64,000 bases of DNA, from positions 32,001-96,000 of the forward strand of contig CBDCVK010000006.1 of assembly GCA_965223005.1 (NCBI GenBank), given 5' to 3'. Positions 60,775-64,000 of the stretch are shown one piece after another. This DNA comes from Terriglobia bacterium (GTDB taxonomy: Bacteria > Acidobacteriota > Terriglobia > JAJPHL01 > JAPKYU01). The translations under genes and the position numbers were made by a program. Below the pieces are notes generated by a model. The model had not been told where the DNA came from. It saw only the letters and a program-made list of their open reading frames with translations, and made no database searches. Each line of letters starts with the position of its first letter. Positions within the stretch are counted from its first letter, which is position 1.

Positions 60775-60903
60775 ATGGAATGGCTTATCGTATGTCTGCT
60801 GCTCATTACGGCTGTCACGATTTACTTTCCGACGGTGATCATACGCAAATCCAATCGGATCCTTAAGGTGCTGGATCAGATAGAGGCTAACACTCGCAAA
60901 TAG
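60775..60903 (+). CDS. 42-aa single-TM small protein (not in ORF track)
   Basis: AAGGAGGT SD 5 nt upstream; MEWLIVCLLLITAVTIYFPTVIIRKSNRILKVLDQIEANTRK*. Confidence 0.65.
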   Translation: MEWLIVCLLLITAVTIYFPTVIIRKSNRILKVLDQIEANTRK

Positions 60904-60955
60904 TTCGTATTTACCCGGCAGCACCTGGCCAGCAGCACTTGGTAGGAAGAGGATA

Positions 60956-61699
60956 GTGGTAAGGGAGGCGGCTGTGACGACTTCAGGCGGTTCCAAGCGT
61001 CGAGTGCTCTACCTGTATCATGCGGCAGCCGGTGGTGATGGGGATCTAAACCAAACCTACCAGCACGACAGCGCGGTCATGGCCGGACCGATCGTGAAAC
61101 AAATCGGAGAGGAAAGTGGCGCCTTCCAGACCACGGCCACCGATGACTGCAGCGTACTCACCGCAGAGAACTTGAACAACTATGACGCGATGTTGTTCTT
61201 TACGAGCGGAGAGCTACCCATTTCCGAAGAGCGGAAACAAGCGCTGCTGGATTTTGTCCACGGGGGCAAAGGACTTGCGGGTGTCCACAGCGCTACCGAC
61301 ACCTTCTACCGGTGGCCAGCGTACGGGGAGCTGATCGGCGGCTATCTCGACGGGCATCCCTGGTTCCAGGAAGTGCGCATAAAGGTGGAGGACCGCAACC
61401 ACCCGGCCACCCGGCACCTGGGCGAGGGGTTCACCATCAACGACGAGATCTACCAGTTCCGAAACTGGTCACGCGACAAGGTGCACGTGCTGCTCAGCTT
61501 GGACACCGATTCGGTGAGTTTAAACAACAAGGACATTCGCCGCGCCGACAAAGACTTCGGCGTGACTTGGACGCGCACATATGGCAAAGGGCGGGTCTTT
61601 TACTCCTCGCTGGGGCACCACCCGGGGGTCTGGGCTGACGAACTTTTCCGTACCCATCTGCTGAACGGCTTGCTGTGGGTCATGAGCGCCGCCGAGTAG
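60956..61699 (+). CDS. ThuA-domain (class I glutamine amidotransferase-like) protein
   Basis: FFTSGEL, GGKGLAGVHSATD, GHPW, DEIYQF, YGKGRVFYSSLGH. Confidence 0.88.
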   Translation: MVREAAVTTSGGSKRRVLYLYHAAAGGDGDLNQTYQHDSAVMAGPIVKQIGEESGAFQTTATDDCSVLTAENLNNYDAMLFFTSGELPISEERKQALLDFVHGGKGLAGVHSATDTFYRWPAYGELIGGYLDGHPWFQEVRIKVEDRNHPATRHLGEGFTINDEIYQFRNWSRDKVHVLLSLDTDSVSLNNKDIRRADKDFGVTWTRTYGKGRVFYSSLGHHPGVWADELFRTHLLNGLLWVMSAAE

Positions 61700-61847
61700 C
61701 GGCAGCTCCGTGCCTGCCTTATTCTGGTGGAACAGGAAATGGCATACTGTTATTTTGTGTTAAGTACTAGTCTGCCCTTCAGGGGAAGATTCTTGAGACG
61801 TCAGGGGATTTTCGATCCCATGAAGTAGGGCAGGACGAAAGGCGAAG

Positions 61848-63140
61848 ATGCGGACCCACCATCGAAGCAGCCAGCTATTTCGGCACGCGCGCGAAGCCAT
61901 CCCCGGCGGCGTGAATACTTCCATCCGGAACATCGATCCACCACTTGTCTTTACAGAAGCACGCGGGGCGGTTCTGCAGGACGCAGATGGGAATCGCTAC
62001 ATTGATTATCACGCCGCCTTCGGGCCAGTCATTCTCGGCCACAACTTCGAGGCGGTGAACTGCCGGGTGGCCGAGGCGATGCAACAGATCGATCTTCTGG
62101 GAACGGGCCTGACCGAATTGGAGATCGAGTTGGCGCATAAGATCTGCCAGCATGTTCCCTCCGCTGAGAAGGTCCTCCTGTGCAACAGCGGTGCCGAGGC
62201 TACCTACCATGCGATCCGGCTGGCCAGGGCGGTGACCGGGCGAAAGAAGATCATCAAGTTCCAAGGCTGTTATCACGGCTGGCACGACAGCGTGGCCATG
62301 AACGTGATTAGCCAGCCCGACAAGCTAGGGAAGAAGGATCCGCTTTCTGCCGGGACCCTGCCTGAAGTCATCGCCAATACCTTGGTTTGCGACTTCAACG
62401 ATCTGGATGGTGTCGAAAAAGCTGTGAAGGAGAACGGCAGGCAAATCGCCGCGATCATCCTGGAGCCGATTCCTCACAACATTGGCTGCGTACTGCCAAA
62501 GCCGGGATTCCTTCAGGGCCTGCGAGAGATCACCCGGCGCGAGGGCATCCTTCTGATCTTTGATGAAGTCATCACCGGGTTCCGCCATAGCCTCGGTGGC
62601 TACCAGAAAATCTGCGGCGTTACACCGGACCTGACGACGCTAGGGAAAGCCATCGCCAACGGCTATCCCATTGCGGCCGTGGCCGGGAAGCGTGAATGGA
62701 TGGACAGATTCAGTACTCATCCGGACGGCGATGTGTACTTTGCGGGCACCTACAATGGCCATCCGATTGGGTGCGCGGCGGCGCTGGCGACCATTGAAAC
62801 CCTTGAAACTCGGAGGGTTCATGAGCACATCTTCCGCTTGGGGGAGAAGATGCGGCTAGGCTTGGAGGAGATCGTGGGGCGGCTCGGGCTGCCGATTACG
62901 GTGGCTGGCTTCGGCTCCGTCTTCCTTCTGTACTTTCTGGAAGGTCCGATCGAAAGCTACACCGACCTGTTGCGCAATGACGGAAATCGTTTCGTCGCCC
63001 ACCGTCAAAAGATGCTCGAGCGCGGGATCTTCGAACTGCCTTTCAACCTGAAGCGAAATCACATCAGCTTCAGCCACGACAAACAACATATCGAACGGAG
63101 TCTGGACGCAACCGAACAGGTGCTCCGGGAGCTCGCCTGA
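61848..63140 (+). CDS. class III PLP aminotransferase, glutamate-1-semialdehyde aminomutase-like
   Basis: IPGGVN, CNSGAEA, KFQGCYHG, FDEVITGFR, TTLGKAIANG, AGTYNG. Confidence 0.88.
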   Translation: MRTHHRSSQLFRHAREAIPGGVNTSIRNIDPPLVFTEARGAVLQDADGNRYIDYHAAFGPVILGHNFEAVNCRVAEAMQQIDLLGTGLTELEIELAHKICQHVPSAEKVLLCNSGAEATYHAIRLARAVTGRKKIIKFQGCYHGWHDSVAMNVISQPDKLGKKDPLSAGTLPEVIANTLVCDFNDLDGVEKAVKENGRQIAAIILEPIPHNIGCVLPKPGFLQGLREITRREGILLIFDEVITGFRHSLGGYQKICGVTPDLTTLGKAIANGYPIAAVAGKREWMDRFSTHPDGDVYFAGTYNGHPIGCAAALATIETLETRRVHEHIFRLGEKMRLGLEEIVGRLGLPITVAGFGSVFLLYFLEGPIESYTDLLRNDGNRFVAHRQKMLERGIFELPFNLKRNHISFSHDKQHIERSLDATEQVLRELA

Positions 63141-63250
63141 GTCAAACCCTCCGGCCTGATTCCGTGTGGGCGTCCCAGGGCCAGTGATGTGTCAACAAAC
63201 GGAGGCTACGGGCCGATATACGGCTGGATAGATTTCCGGCGGGCAGTTTT

Positions 63251-64000
63251 CTAGCGGTCCAGCTGTTGCGCCAAAGTTCTCTGGGCGGTCTCCGCCAGTT
63301 CTTTGGCCTTTGGCAGAAGTTCGATCGCCTTCAACACCTGCCGGTCGGTCTCAAGAGCGCTCCGGTCCCCTTCGAGTTTTCCGAAAACCGAAATAAACAG
63401 GTGCTGCTTGATGCGCCGCTGGATGGTCTCCAGGTGTTCCTGAATATCCTCTTCGGTGTAGAGGATCTTCTCCCTGTCCAGAAACCGTCGGAACTCGTCC
63501 AGCACCGACTCGTCTACCTCGAAGTCCCGGGCGATCGTCTCGTGGGAAGCAAGGTAGGACCTGGCGAAGTTAAACAACGCGTATTTCCGCACGAGGGTGC
63601 GCCGGAAGCCCTTCAGGGGCGGCGTCAACATCTTCACATCGGGGGTAATTCCGCCCCCGCCGTAGACGGGGCGGCCGCTGTCAGTCATCCGAATTTGTCG
63701 CCCAGGGCGCTCATTGTCGTCCGATTCGTCTTCGTCCCGATAATAGTAGTAGTCGTAAAGAGTAATACCGGTGAACTCTCGCTGGATCAGGCGACCACTG
63801 GGCGTGTAATACCTAGCGGTGGTCAGGGCCAACCCCGTGTTTTCTCTGAGCGGGTACACGGTTTGCACCAAGCCTTTGCCAAAGCTGGTTTCGCCGACCA
63901 CCAGACCGCGGTCGTGGTCCTGCACCGCGCCCGCCACAATCTCTGCGGCACTGGCGCTCTGGCGGTCGATGAGCACCACCAACGGATACATCGCTCCCCC
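63251..64000 (-). CDS. S41 carboxyl-terminal processing protease (C-terminal part; 5' end beyond the window)
   Basis: [42 protein letters not shown]. Confidence 0.93.
   Translation of the reverse strand, partial: GGAMYPLVVLIDRQSASAAEIVAGAVQDHDRGLVVGETSFGKGLVQTVYPLRENTGLALTTARYYTPSGRLIQREFTGITLYDYYYYRDEDESDDNERPGRQIRMTDSGRPVYGGGGITPDVKMLTPPLKGFRRTLVRKYALFNFARSYLASHETIARDFEVDESVLDEFRRFLDREKILYTEEDIQEHLETIQRRIKQHLFISVFGKLEGDRSALETDRQVLKAIELLPKAKELAETAQRTLAQQLDR

Overview
GC-rich bacterial chromosome segment, probably Acidobacteriota (inferred from a BACON-repeat protein with a Solibacter-type C-terminal domain and the general gene repertoire). Most of it is housekeeping and transport: nagZ-like GH3, mutS, selA, an M16 peptidase pair, a MacAB-like ABC system, otsB, ftsK, uppP, rnj, argJ, rsmA, glgA, trxA, tRNA-Phe and tRNA-Ala. 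The standout is a tightly coupled ~12-kb operon (30045-42099) just beyond the 3' end of tRNA-Phe. It encodes five B12-binding-domain radical SAM enzymes, one Twitch/SPASM radical SAM enzyme, three class I methyltransferases and a deaminase-type amidohydrolase. It has no scaffold synthase, transporter or clear precursor peptide, so it looks like an orphan tailoring pathway of unknown product. One of the B12-radical SAM genes has an in-frame TAG. Also present are an intact IS256-family element with an 8-bp target duplication splitting an SH3-domain gene, two genes frameshifted at homopolymer runs, and small unannotated ORFs. All calls come from motif reading by eye; no database searches were run.
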